Below, in pieces: positions 1 through 24,900 of a stretch of DNA of 64,000 nucleotides (its first letter is position 1; each line of letters opens with the position of its first letter). The position numbers and the translations under genes are program-made. The stretch lies in the NCBI RefSeq assembly GCF_032191835.1, contig NC_083228.1:79298001-79362000 (forward strand), read 5' to 3'. This stretch comes from Heteronotia binoei. Lineage: Eukaryota. Under the pieces are notes generated by a model, which saw only the letters and a list, made by a program, of their open reading frames with translations, searched no databases and was not told the DNA's origin.

Positions 1-1613
1 ACCGGTAGCATAGGAAGCAAGGACCCTGAAGGGAAGTCTGATTGAACCAGGTCATGTACCATGTCCGACACTTTGGGGGAGTCTGCCTGGAGAGGTATCT
101 TCAGTGCCTCCGCCATGGAAGTAATAAGATTGAGATAGGCCTTGGATGCATCGGACGGAGAGAGCCTGAGCTGTTGCGCCGAGTCCGGTGGGAGAGAGGG
201 AGAGTGGTCCTCCGAATCCGAAGAGCCTGGGGACTCCTTTCCCGAGGAAGAGGCCCCCGTGGAGGGGGAGGGTGGATGAACGATCGGTTCCGAGACGGGG
301 GCTGCCTCCGAGGTCTTGGGAGAAGACCGAAGTCTAGAATCCGGGGCCACGGAAACGGTGGCAGAGGCAGTACGCGGTTTAGCCACGTCTCGGTACCGAG
401 GGTGGTCACGGTGATGATGCGAGGGGCCAGCCTCTTGATCAGATGATAGCAGGCGATTGAGGAGTCTGGGTGAGTACTCGAAGTGACTTCGAGGGTCACG
501 AAGCCGAGAAGGGCGGTCGAAGTGGAGCTGAGGTGAATCCTCGCGTCGGGTTGTGCGCGCGTGGCGGGACCGAGGCGAACCGCCATAACGGACCCGTGGA
601 GTCTCGGGATCACGGTGGAAGTAGGAGTCTGACTCGTGGTATCTACGATGGATGTCCCAATCAGAGTGGGAGCCGGAACGGTGACGGGATCTGCCCTGTC
701 GAGGTGAGGGCGATCTGGATAGAGGAGAGTATTCATATCGCCTTCTCGAGTAGTAATCCTGTTGTTCAAAGTAAACGGAGGAACCGGAGTCGTGGCGGCT
801 ACGCGGAGAGCGTGATCGAATTCGAATCCGATGGGAGGAAACTTGCGTTGCCGATTCACGGTACAGCGGAGAGAGTGCAACATCGTGGAAGGCGTCAGGT
901 CGCAAAGACGGGCGTAAGTAAGTCTGCGTCGGGTCGGTGGAACGGTCGGGTTCAAGGATCTCGGAAGGTACCACGCTATGTACTGAAGGCGATCGAGATC
1001 GAATCGGAATCACCTCCACAGCCGTGGAGGTGTGAGGTGTAAGCCTGGGCATGTCCGTGATGACATCAACCGGGGTCGACAACTCGGACGGCAAGAGTGG
1101 TTGGGCTGAACTCGACTGAGCGGTCGAGGACATGGTGCTGCGGGGCTTTATGGGCGCCGAGTCCGTTGATTCGGAATGACGCGCCGGCTCGGAATGGTGA
1201 GGTTTCTTAGGCGCCGAATCCGAGTGCCGAGGCTTCTTCGGCGCCGACTCCGATTCGGGATGACGCAGTTTCTTCGAAGACTTGTGGCCGGCTTCGGCGT
1301 GCTTCGAAGGACGTTTCCCGGACTTGTGCGTCTTTTGAGGCTGAGGCGCAGCCGGGGCAGCCGAATCTCCCGCTCGAGGTGGGGGAGGCGGCGAGTCGGA
1401 GGTGGGCATAGCCCGCAGAGACCGTTCTAAGAGGAAGGCCTGTAGTCGTGCGGCGCGGTTTTTGCGTGCCTGCTTGCCAAAGTTTGCACAATGCGGGCAA
1501 GCGTCGACTCGATGGCCCTCCCCGAGGCAGAAAAGGCAGTGGCTGTGGCCGTCTGTGGTGGGAATTTTAGCCCCACAGTGCCTACACTTTTTGAAGGTAA
1601 CCTTCCCTTCCAT
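1..1613 (-). CDS. DIRS gag (ORF1), at least 537 codons, open to the window edge (3' partial)
   Basis: ATG at 1613: MEGKVTFKKCRHCGAKIPTTDGHSHCLFCLGEGHRVDACPHCANFGKQARKNRAARL (Cys/His zinc-finger-like N-terminus), then a Ser/Pro/Arg-rich region with SAPKKP repeats, ending ...AYLNLITSMAEALKIPLQADSPKVSDMVHDLVQSDFPSGSLLPMLP. No stop in this frame before position 1, which explains its absence from the ORF track. Confidence 0.88.
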   Translation of the reverse strand, partial: MEGKVTFKKCRHCGAKIPTTDGHSHCLFCLGEGHRVDACPHCANFGKQARKNRAARLQAFLLERSLRAMPTSDSPPPPPRAGDSAAPAAPQPQKTHKSGKRPSKHAEAGHKSSKKLRHPESESAPKKPRHSDSAPKKPHHSEPARHSESTDSAPIKPRSTMSSTAQSSSAQPLLPSELSTPVDVITDMPRLTPHTSTAVEVIPIRSRSPSVHSVVPSEILEPDRSTDPTQTYLRPSLRPDAFHDVALSPLYRESATQVSSHRIRIRSRSPRSRHDSGSSVYFEQQDYYSRRRYEYSPLSRSPSPRQGRSRHRSGSHSDWDIHRRYHESDSYFHRDPETPRVRYGGSPRSRHARTTRREDSPQLHFDRPSRLRDPRSHFEYSPRLLNRLLSSDQEAGPSHHHRDHPRYRDVAKPRTASATVSVAPDSRLRSSPKTSEAAPVSEPIVHPPSPSTGASSSGKESPGSSDSEDHSPSLPPDSAQQLRLSPSDASKAYLNLITSMAEALKIPLQADSPKVSDMVHDLVQSDFPSGSLLPMLP

Positions 1614-2029
1614 ACGCCCCGGACGGTGGGGGGGGGAGGGAAGGGCGGGAAGGGACGGGTATGGAAAAAGAGAGTTAAAAGCGCAGAAACGGGGTTCTTT
1701 TTTTTTTTTTTTTTTTTAATATATTTTTTAGGACGAAACGGGAGAAAGAGAGAACGATACCAGTCAAAGTAGAGATGAGATGAGCTGAGGAGAGACGAGC
1801 TAAGGAAGAGCGCAGCGAGGAAGGTGTTGTCCGGGCGGCGGAAAGGAAGAAACTGAGTGGAATGGGCGCTCCCCCCCCGCTCCAGGCATGCGCGGTCGCT
1901 GCCTGCTCCCCAGGGCGGGAGGGGAGCGCGCCAAAAGCGCTATAGGCGAGCTATTGGAACTCCGAGGAATGGATTCATTGCCTGCGGCAAGACCCATGTG
2001 TGGGACTGCACAGAGACCACGAAGAAGAT
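1..2029 (-). mobile_element. DIRS1-like tyrosine-recombinase retrotransposon, 5' portion (left ITR + gag), truncated by window edge; lies in ATP6V0E2 intron 2
   Basis: Minus-strand terminus ATCTTCTTCGTGGTCTCTGTGC (2029-2008); the 20-mer 2027-2008 is identical to the left terminus of the complete DIRS at 44584-44603. It is followed by a pyrimidine-rich leader and a gag ORF whose N-terminus matches the other element's gag. Confidence 0.9.
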
Positions 2030-2498
2030 CTAGCTTGAGACCAGCCAATAATAGTTTTCACATAAAATTATGTTCCAGGCATGTGGAATAAGGCAGTCTC
2101 CCCTTAGCAATGATGTATGATTTGTGGCAGTAAACACCTTACCTTGAGATGCCCCCCCCCATTCGTTACCATGTTTTTATATTAAAACAAAACAAAAAAA
2201 CGTTTGGGAATCTTGAAAGAGGAGCAATTTTTGAGCTGGCAGGGGATGACTTGAAAGGAAAGATGCAGACGTGGCCTATATGTGCTTTGTTGAATGAGGA
2301 ATTGGGAACCAAATAATGACCTCAGTTTTACAGCTATGAGTGCACTAACAAGAACAGATGCTTAGCCTTTCATCCAAGATTCCTTGCTACACCACCAGCA
2401 CCCAAGAGCATAGTACATGACCATAGGTATACCAAAAGTGAAGAAAGTAATAGGTATTCCTGCTAGGCATAACCAGCCCTCTTCCCATTGATACTCAC

Positions 2499-4236
2499 AA
2501 GAGGTAACAGCAAATGGCAGTAGTGACCAACATGGTAATAATCACACTGCAGAGAAAAGTGAAAAATCATGGTCAGCAGGTCAATGTTCATGATTTCACT
2601 GAATCAGGTATGCGTTACATGTACAAACACCCCACCCAATCTTATTAATCATTGACATAAACGGAGGCTGCATGAGCTTCTTTCTGAAAGCAATGCTGAT
2701 TCTATGAATTAGGCAGATCATGAGAAGGAGGGCAGGAAGGGCTGCATCAGTGCTTAGTTCTCATGGCCCTTTCTTACATGTCCAGGGAAATGCTGATTGC
2801 CACTTTGGGGTCAATCAGAAATTTTTCTCCAGGCCCGATTGGCAAGGGATCCTGGAGGTTTTTGCCATCTTTTGGGCATGGAACAGGGGTCACGAGATGT
2901 ATGTGCATGGGGAAAGTATTTGTGGATTTCCTGCATTGTGTAGGGCAGGGGTCCTCAAACTACGGCCCGCGGGCCAGATGCGGCCCGCTGAGGACGTTTA
3001 TGCGGCCCGCCGGGTTATGGCAAAATCAGACCGGAAGTGACATTCGACCTAAACTCGCGTTAGCAATGCACACTTCCGGCACTGGGCTGAGGCGGCGGAG
3101 ACAGAGTGTGAGGTGATACCGAGGTGAGGTGAGTTCCCAGGCCGGGGTGTGTGGTGTGGGGAAGGGAGAGAGATGCAGAAGACGGAGAACTGACGGCCTG
3201 CGGCCTTGTACAGTAACGGCAGTCCGGCCCTCCAACAGTCTGAGGGACAGTGAACTGGCCCCCTATTTAAAAAGTTTGAGGACCCCTGGTGTAGGGGGTT
3301 GGCCTAGAAGACCCCAGAGGTCCAACTCTATGATTCTATGACATTTTTATTTGAAATTTTTTATAAAAAGTTAAAAGACATAAAACAATCATACAGATTT
3401 ACTAGATAATCTCAGGCTAGTCGTTCTTGCTTTCAGCCCAACCCACCTCACAGGGTTGTGAGAATATAATGGAGGGCATGAGTGTTGTTGATGATGAGGA
3501 TATTGGATTTATATCCCACCCTCCACTCCAAATCTCAGAGGTTCACAATCTCCTTTATCTTTCTCCCCCACAACAGACACCCTGTGAGGTGGGTGGGGCT
3601 GGAGAGGGCTCTCACAGCAGCTGCCCTTTCAAGGACAACCTCTGTGAGAGCTATAGCTGACCCAAGGCAATCTCAGCAGGTGCAAGTGAAGGAGTGGGGA
3701 ATCAAACCCGGTTCTCCCAGATAACAGTCTGTGCACTTAACCACTACACCAAACTGGCTCTGCTTCAGGTGTCCACTGGGGAGAAAATTAGGGTACAGAT
3801 ATTTAAATAACCTTACCCTCCCCAAATGCCTGATAATGCAAAATACTCTTACAATCCTACGACTTGGAAAAGGGGACCTTTTAAAAATTTCTTAAGTGAT
3901 ATAAATAGACCACATTATGGTTATGAACTTGTATCTCCGACAGACTCCGGACTTTCAGTGAAATGTGTTTATCATACACAACCTTCCTGGCCCTAAAACT
4001 GAGCACCACACCGCATGGTTCCTTCTTCATTGATTGGGACAGCCAGCAGACCCTGAGCCAGGCATGCGCGTGATTATCTCTTTGCCATGACAATTAGCGA
4101 GCCCGCAATTAGGCCGATTAACGGAGACTCACCCGCGGTTGGGCCCTTTGGGCACAAACCAAGGCCCCGCAAATCCCACGAGTCCCCAGAATATGGAGAA
4201 GAGGATGACAGGCACGGCGAAGCTGTGGGTAGTCAT
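2499..4236 (-). CDS. ATP6V0E2: V-type proton ATPase subunit e (e2-like), exons 1-2; remainder beyond the DIRS and off the left edge
   Basis: Exon 1 CDS 4236-4133 (104 nt, [35 protein letters not shown], donor GTGAGT). Exon 2 2546-2499 (48 nt, [15 protein letters not shown], acceptor CTGCAG, donor GTGAGT). The N-terminus resembles the e2 paralogue (MTAHSFALP...) more than e1 (MAYHGLTVP...). No exon 3 found in 2030-2498. Confidence 0.9.
2765..3341 (+). mobile_element. CR1 3' end interrupted by the hAT MITE
   Basis: TTCCTGCATTGTG(C/T)AGGGGGTTGG...CCAACTCTATGATTCTATGA tail, shared with copies near 20110 and 32245. Confidence 0.75.
2946..3288 (+). mobile_element. hAT MITE (343 bp), copy 1, nested in a CR1 3' end
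   Basis: 15-bp TIRs CAGGGGTCCTCAAAC/GTTTGAGGACCCCTG; perfect 8-bp TSD GTGTAGGG; near-identical copies at 43549 and 51420. Confidence 0.93.
3485..3761 (-). mobile_element. Squam3-like (MIR/Ther1-related) tRNA SINE
   Basis: Head GAGCCAGTTTGGTGTAGTGGTTAAG...GGTTTGATTCCCCAC; core CTCTCAGCCCCACCCACCTCACAGGGTGTCTGTTGTGGGG shared with six other copies in the window. Confidence 0.85.
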
Positions 4237-4239
4237 GGC

Positions 4240-4560
4240 GCGGCCACGTCGGGCTAAGGAATTGCAGTTAGGTCGCAGCGAGATAAGCTGCTTCTGCGCT
4301 TCCCTTCCCCCTCCCAGCAATCCCTCTTTGTCACGTGGGAAGCCAAGCGAAATCCTCAGAATTCAGCAGGCACCGCCCCGATTGGCTAGAGACGCATCCC
4401 TTTCACCAGACCTCTAATAGGCGGAGAGAGTTGCGGTGCGCGATCTTGCGGAGGCTGAAGAGCAAGAGCAGGCGGAGACGAATAGTAAGGATGCTTCCTC
4501 GGTTAAATTTTATTAGGCTTACACCGCCCCCTACAGGCTTACTCTGATCCTTGGATTTCT
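4240..4560 (-). promoter_or_regulatory. CpG-rich promoter of ATP6V0E2 with CLEAR-like E-box, GC box and CCAAT box
   Basis: GTCACGTGGG at 4330-4339, CCGCCCC at 4373-4379, ATTGG (CCAAT on minus) at 4381-4385; locally high CpG density upstream of the ATG at 4236. Confidence 0.7.
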
Positions 4561-4793
4561 TAAAAAAATAGTCCTGTGCTTTTATTACGGGGGAACTTTA
4601 TTACGGGATGAAGGAAATATGAGTCAGGCTGCAGTACTAGGATCGCTTCAGCTGCAGCTTCCTTTCATCCTAACTTCATTTATATGTGCTAGCAGCAATT
4701 GCAGTATTAGTCAGTAGGGAAATCAGATAGACTAGAGATTAAAGAAATGTACATTTAATGCTGGATTTTAAAAGGGCTTAACAGAATGCCATT

Positions 4794-4814
4794 TTTATTA
4801 AGAAAACGTTTATT
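4794..4814 (-). terminator. Probable COX15 polyadenylation signals (two AATAAA on minus)
   Basis: TTTATT on plus at 4794-4799 and 4809-4814, about 530-550 nt downstream of the COX15 stop. Confidence 0.55.
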
Positions 4815-5342
4815 GTTCAAAAGGGTTACATAGGACATTACATTATTCACTTGAAATTTCTAACATTTTTTTCAAAAACTTCCACTCAAGGATACCAGTT
4901 AGAGACTCCTGCTGACAACAATCATAAGTACAGGCATGGCTATGGTCTCTATACCATGCTCACCCCACCATCCACATACTGTAATCTCAGCTGTACTCAG
5001 TACTCACTCATTCCCCTATAGAATTCTGGAAAGAAATACCACAGAGATTAGCTCTTGGCTGCAGCCTCAACCAAACAGCGCAGCAGGGACTGAGGCACCG
5101 TAGAGACCACCCTTCAATATGCAGAAGCATTTTTTTCACCTGCATCCTGACCAAACCACAGGTACAGCCGGAAGGTTCATGTGAAGCACTTTTTGCAACA
5201 GATTGTGAAGTAAAGTTTCTGCTCTGAACTCTTCTTTTCTGACCCAACAAGGGCTCCAGGAAGAGGCCCAAACAGCACATATTATGAGAACAGCATCCCT
5301 GGGCCTTAGTCCCAAAGAAATGGTCTGGCTGGGAGAGTGGAG

Positions 5343-18744
<13,402 letters not shown>

Positions 18745-18980
18745 CACTTCAAATTACAACCTGGAAGTAGTTTCTTATTCCAAGCCCTTCCGGAATACAA
18801 GACAACAACTCTAGCCACGGTCATACCACGTGATATGTAAGAAGGCGGAGCTTCTTGTTCTCGAGCGCGCGCTGCCAGGGCAGGTGAGAACGGAGGGGCG
18901 TGGCTTCCCCCTCAGGGGCGTGTAGCGCAGAACTGGCGACACCAACGCCACCTCCGGAGCCTAGCCAAGGCGGACGCGCA
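18745..18980. promoter_or_regulatory. Bidirectional CpG-island promoter shared by COX15 and CUTC
   Basis: 236 bp between divergent ATGs (18744 minus, 18981 plus). TTCCGGAA (ETS-like) 18788-18795, CACGTG 18827-18832, GGGGCGTGGC GC box about 18896-18905. Confidence 0.85.
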
Positions 18981-21900
18981 ATGAAGAGAGGGGACAGGAA
19001 GCCCGGGCCGGAGGGTGGGTGTGCGGGTGCGGGTGAGTGGGCGGGAACTCGGCCGGAAACGGATTTCTGAAGGGAAATGGAATCCGAAGGGCGGGGTCAG
19101 GGAACGGAAATCCGGGTGGCCTTGTAGCTCGGGTGGAAAATGGTTGTTCGGCTTTTATTGATTTTCGTAGGGCACGTGGAATTACCCAATGTATTCTGTA
19201 GGGTCAACTTGCATTTGTTTAGGCATTGTTTTAGAGAGCAGGCTATATTGATTCGACATTCTGGTTCTCTAAAGTTGTAAACTCCAGGAAAAGGCCTACC
19301 ATTTGGTTTTACTTAATGCATTAAGTAAAACCAAAAGCTGTAATGTTCAGTGCAGTTTAATCGCTTTAAAGCCATAAAGAAAATCAGTAGTGATTAAAAA
19401 CAGGTGATACCCATTTCAAATTTGCATTTATTTAACAAAGGCACATTCTAGGTTATCCTGTGTCTTAGAAATACAGTATGTGTGCCCCAGATTGCCAGAA
19501 AGTTTCGTTCTGGGACAGTGTTTAGAATATTGGATCAGAAAAGGGAAGACTTTGTTTCAAATCCTGCACTGTCTTGAAGGTTGATGAGTGACCTTTGGTC
19601 AGTTATTCTTCACAGCATAATTAAATTACATGCAATACACCCTCTAAACTGTGGAGACTTGTGAGCGAAAAATCTACTTCGTGAACTACTGGCATTAAAG
19701 TTGTGAGCTGCTACATAGATTAGTTTGCTTTGGGGCCATTTTTCCTGAGCAAAGACAAAAATGTGTTAGTTGGAAACTAAAAAAGTGTGAGCTAGCTCAT
19801 ACTAACTCAGATTAGAGGGAACACAGCTCACATGGTTGTTAGGATAAGCATGCCTGAGGGGAGAACTGTCTGTTCCACCCTAAACTCAATAGAGTAAAGG
19901 CAAGTCACCAAAATTATTTTGGGGGAGGGATATGCTGAGAGTGGGGGGAAGCAGGAACCAAATACGGTAGATATAACTCCTATTTATGAGTTGGTTGCTA
20001 AGGTGCTGTACAGTTCGCTAAGTTTACAAAACAAGTTTGCTTTGAATGGCAGTATTTTAAATAACTGTATGAAACTCACTTATGTGAGCATGAAGCTCAA
20101 TTACCTTTTGGGATGAAGTCAGGCAGCAATTTTTCTCCAGGTCACTTTGGCCAGGGATTCTGGAGGGTTTTGTTTTGTTTTTTGCCATTTTCTGGGCATG
20201 GAGCAAGTGTCACTGGGTGTGGGGGGTGGAGAGGAGGTATTTGTGAGTTCCCTGCATTGTGCAGGGGCTTGGACTAGATGACCCTGAAGGTCCCTTTCAA
20301 CTCTATGCTTCTATTATTCTAATATGTTTATGCTGACTTTGTATGCCCAAGTGGCTGTAGAAATGGAACTGCGGGAGGGGGGGGGGTAGAACTTTGCACA
20401 CATTTCATGAAAGGCCCTGCTTATGTTAGAGTATCTTTTGTTCTGATCCTCCTGTTGTTGGATCTCGAACTGCTGTGCATTAGCTGAAACAGTTTGTTTT
20501 TGAAGGTGCAGTATTTTGCTCGGTAGCTTATAGGTTGTTGGTAATTTGTAAAAGTTAGCATGTTACACTGTGGCCCTTTTGCTGTTTAGCCACTCCTAAG
20601 CATCTCCGCTTCAGTTTGTGCTAAAGAACTAGATTCCTTTGAAAAGGAACTTTCTGATGGTGCATAATGCTAAAAGAGCTAGTAGTGTACATGTTTCTGA
20701 AGGTGGGTGAGCATGGCATCCAAAAAACTGTGCATGCAGCAGCTAGCCTAGGACTGGGATTCCTTGAGGACCTGCCATGAATATGACCCCTTGGAAGGAT
20801 CTGGTGGCCAGGAAAGAGAGAGCAGGACCTTCTGCAAGATGAGGGTGGCATGGGGGGCAGGAACTCGGCCCTAGAGAGCAGCTCTGTCTAGGTGAAACTG
20901 GTTGAGGCAGGTGCTGTCCAACAGGTGGAGGTGCTGATGTGAGCTCAGTACCACCAGACACAGTGCCTCATCTGCTGTCACTGTGCCACTCAGATGTAGA
21001 ACACTGGTGGCAAGTGGATGTAGCAAACCCCTTGCATAGTCAGCGAGGGCAAAAGGGGGCATCATCCCACCTGTGGCTGGCTGGGCCCTTCAGAAAGGGG
21101 GCTATGTTGACTATGGTGAAGGGCATATTCACCATATTCTTCCATGTTCCTGGCCCTGGCCCCCCAATATGTACCCTCTCTCTCAGTGACTTGGTGCCCA
21201 TTGCCTGTGACCCTGTCCTGTCTGGTGATGGCCATGGCGAAAGCATGGTGGGAGCGGGGAAGGAAGGGAGGATCAGACACTCATAGGATCTCCTGGCTAT
21301 ACTACGCACAATGCCATACGATTATTATTATTTTAGAAAAGGCACCATTTAGCTGTGTTAATTGTAGTACGAATAGAGGCTGATATGCTGTAGGAGGGGA
21401 AAGTTATTATCAGTATAGGTATATCTTTGGTACCTTCTCCTTTTCAATATTAAATAGCTATTCTAGTAGCTATAAAGTAGCTTTCGGAAATATAGTTGTG
21501 GGGAACACTTGGGAAAAAAGGTTGGGTAATCCAAGATGAAAGAATCCAACTAAAAACTACAGTGGGGTAGAACATTAGAAATCACCCTTCTCAGCAGCTG
21601 TATGACCATTTTTGCTACATTCAAAATATTTCAGAGGGCAAGAAAAGCAAGAAGCTGTTGAGTTCAGTTCCAAGGGATTAACAGCAAAAGTAGTCTTTGG
21701 CTTCAGGTGCATCCTTTTACCTCTGTGCTGTGATGATAAATGTTGAGCTTGATCTTTTTTGGTAATGAACACCTGTTTTTTATCCAAACTACCCATATAA
21801 TAAGTGTAGATAGAATTTGGCTGGGTAGGTTGACCAATGATGTAAAATGTATTAAGCTGCTGGCTTTGAGGGCTGGATGTGATTAGGTACTCAAGATGAA

Positions 21901-24900
21901 AGAATCTAACTAAAAACTGCCATCAGATGGAACTTTTAAAACAATCCTTCTCAGCAGCTGTTTGTAGGAATGGAGCTGGACTTCCCCATGATTTCTTGCT
22001 GTGTTTCTCTCCTAGGAATGGCCAATGGCTTTCTCATGGAAGTATGCGTTGATTCAGTGGAGTCTGCTGTGAATGCAGAAAGGGGAGGTAATGCTACAAA
22101 AAAAAAAAAGACTGCAAAGGGAGGCATGGTTCTCTCCCTGAGCAGCATGAAGATCTCCAAAACTCTAATCTAGAGCAGTGACACCATTATGAACCTGCAG
22201 CATGCTATTTATGTATTTTGTTTCTATAGCATGATATTCTATGGGCATACTGATTCATGGTGCTTACTGCTTATACTTGTCTAATTGAATCCTAGAACTT
22301 TGAATCTAGACTGGTAACAGACTTAACTATGTAACCATTAAGAAATCAGAAGATGGAATAGGGAGTAAACAATGTATGCTATCCATTGTACTCTAAACTG
22401 AAGTGGTACTTACCATGATGCTTGGTAACACACAGGAAGGACTGGGCCGTTGACCTTGATCCTCCAAATAGCTCTAGTTTGGTGTGGTGGTTAGGTGTAT
22501 GGACTCTAATCTGAGAGAACCAGGTTTGATTCCCCACTCCACCACTTGCAGCTGCTGGAATGGCCTTGGGTCAGCCATAGCTCTCGCAGAGGTTGTGTTT
22601 GAAAGGGCAGCTGCTGTGAGAGCCCTCTCAGCCCCACCCACCTCACAGGGTGTCTGTTGTGGGGGAGGAAGGTAAAAGAGATTTGTGAGCCGCTCTGAGA
22701 CTCTTAAGATTTGGAGCGGAGGGCAAGATATAAATCCAGTATCATCATCATCATCTATGCGGTGCCATCTGTGGGAATGAGCCCTAAGTTGGCGGTAGAC
22801 TTTGTGGTCATTTTTTTACTATAACTGTATGCTTTATTCCTGCTTTTGTTATTCCTGGCTTTGGCTTTTCACAGCACAAGGCCCATGCTCTGTATCTGAA
22901 CAATAAACCTTTTATTCCTTTAATGTGAGAACTGGTGAATTGGATCAATAACTGGCAGAACCTTACACAAGCCTGTTACTTGCTCTGACTCTTCATGATG
23001 GGACAAGCTGTAAATAAAAAAAGGCATATTCTGATTTTGGCGGCATCTGCATTAGAGAGACTGAGCAAGCACATGGAACAAACAATGGACTGTATAGACA
23101 GCTTAGACCAGGAGTGGCCAATGGTAGCTCTCCAGATGGTTTTTGCCTACAGCTCTCATCCACCCCAGCCATTGGCCATGCTGGCTGGGGCTGATGGGAG
23201 TTGTAGGTAAAAAACATCTGGAGAGCTACCGTTGGCCACCCCTGGCTTAGATGGTTAGAGCGAGTGTGGCGGCATACTCATGTTGAAGAGTCCAGAACCT
23301 CTTATAGAATGCTTATGAAAGTCTATGAGAAGGCTACAAAAAACTTCTATGCGGCCTCCATAGTGGGACATTCCCAGAGATGTTAAAGGAGGCTGTAATT
23401 TGACCGTTTCTGAAAAAACCTTTGCTAGACCCTAGAGTACTTGCTAACTACCGCCCAGTTTCAAACTTGCTGTTCCTGGGAAAGGTGGTTGAGAAAACGG
23501 TAGTGGAACAGCTGCAGGTTTTCCTGGATAAAACATCCACCCTGGACCCATTCCAGTATGGTTTCCGCCCAGGCCATGGGACAGAGACAGTATTAGTCGC
23601 CCTCACAAACAACCTAAGAAGGCATCTGGACCAAGGCGGGTCAGCGCTGCTGATTCTTCTTAATCTATCAGCAGCATTTGACATGGTCAACTATGACCTA
23701 TTGACCCACCTCCTTGCTGTTACTGGGGTGTGGGGGGTAGCCTTGCAATGGTTTTCCTCCTTCCTTCGGGGACGGGGACAAAGGGTGATGCTTGGTGATC
23801 AGACCTCCCTGCAGCACCCACTTATATGCCGCAAGGAGCTATTCTCACGCCCATATTATTTGACATCTATATGCGCCCAGATTGCCTGAGGTTTTGGACT
23901 GGGCTGTCACCAGTATGCTGATGACACCCAGCTCTATCTGTTGATGGACAGCAGACCATCTACCCCTGAACAGCTGTCCGAGGCATTAGGAGCCGTGGCT
24001 GGATGGTTGCAGCAGAGTCGACTGAAGTTAAATCCAACTAAGATGGAGGTCCTGTACCTTAGTCGAGGGGGGGTGGGTTCGTGCATCCAGCTCCCAGCCC
24101 TGGGCAGTGTTGCTCTGGTACCGGCCCAACAGGTGAAGAGTCTGGAAGTGATTCTGGATGCCTCCCTCTCCATGGAGGCCCAGATCACAGCGGCTGCTGG
24201 GTCTGCTTTTTCCCATCTACGGCAGATCAGGCAGCTAACACCATACCTATCCCCCCAAGACCTGGCTACAGTGACCCATGCAATGGTTACTTTCAGGCTG
24301 GACTACTGTAACTCGCTCTATGGTGACCTACCTCTGAAACTGATCTGGAAACTGCAGCAGGTGCAGAATGCGGCAGCTCGCCTGCTGCTGCATCACCTGT
24401 ACAGGTGAGCATATGGTCGGCGCTCTGCAACCTACACTGGCTGCCTATAGATCCTTTTCACCAGATCCTTTTCAAGGTGTTAGTTTTGACTTTTAAGGCC
24501 TTGCGTGGCCTGGGACCAACATACCTACGAGACCGTCTCCTCCCATATATGCCCCGGAGGTCACTTCATTTGGCCTCCCAAGATGTTCTGATAGTCCCCG
24601 GCCCAAGAGATGCCCGTCTTGCCTCTACCAGGGCCAGGACTTTCTCGGCCCTGACCTCGACCTGGTGGAATCAGCTTTCTATCGAGATCCAGGCCCTACC
24701 TGGCTTGCTGGCTTTTCGTAGGGCCTGCAAAACGGAGCTGTTCTGCCATGTCTTTGGATGAGGCAGCGGGCATCTATTTATCGAGCGGTTGGCCTTCCCC
24801 CTACTGTTCTGCTGCTCTACTCCACTACTGTACTGTGATGCTGTATTGTGGTACTATTTTGTGCTATACTACCTTGCTGTCATGTCATCTTGCTGAATCA

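Noticed and set aside
42-1042. Long alternative-frame ORFs over the left DIRS (101-955 minus, 470-1042 plus, 42-446 plus)
   Set aside because: GC-rich, Ser/Pro/Arg-coding gag sequence gives stop-poor shadow frames; the ORFs start at non-ATG codons and have no recognisable motifs. The real frame is 1613 to the window edge.
3026-3341. Recurring small ORFs ([11 protein letters not shown]..., [11 protein letters not shown]...) found three times in the window
   Set aside because: They are chance frames inside the three copies of the same hAT MITE; the same applies to the ORFs repeated inside Squam3 SINEs.
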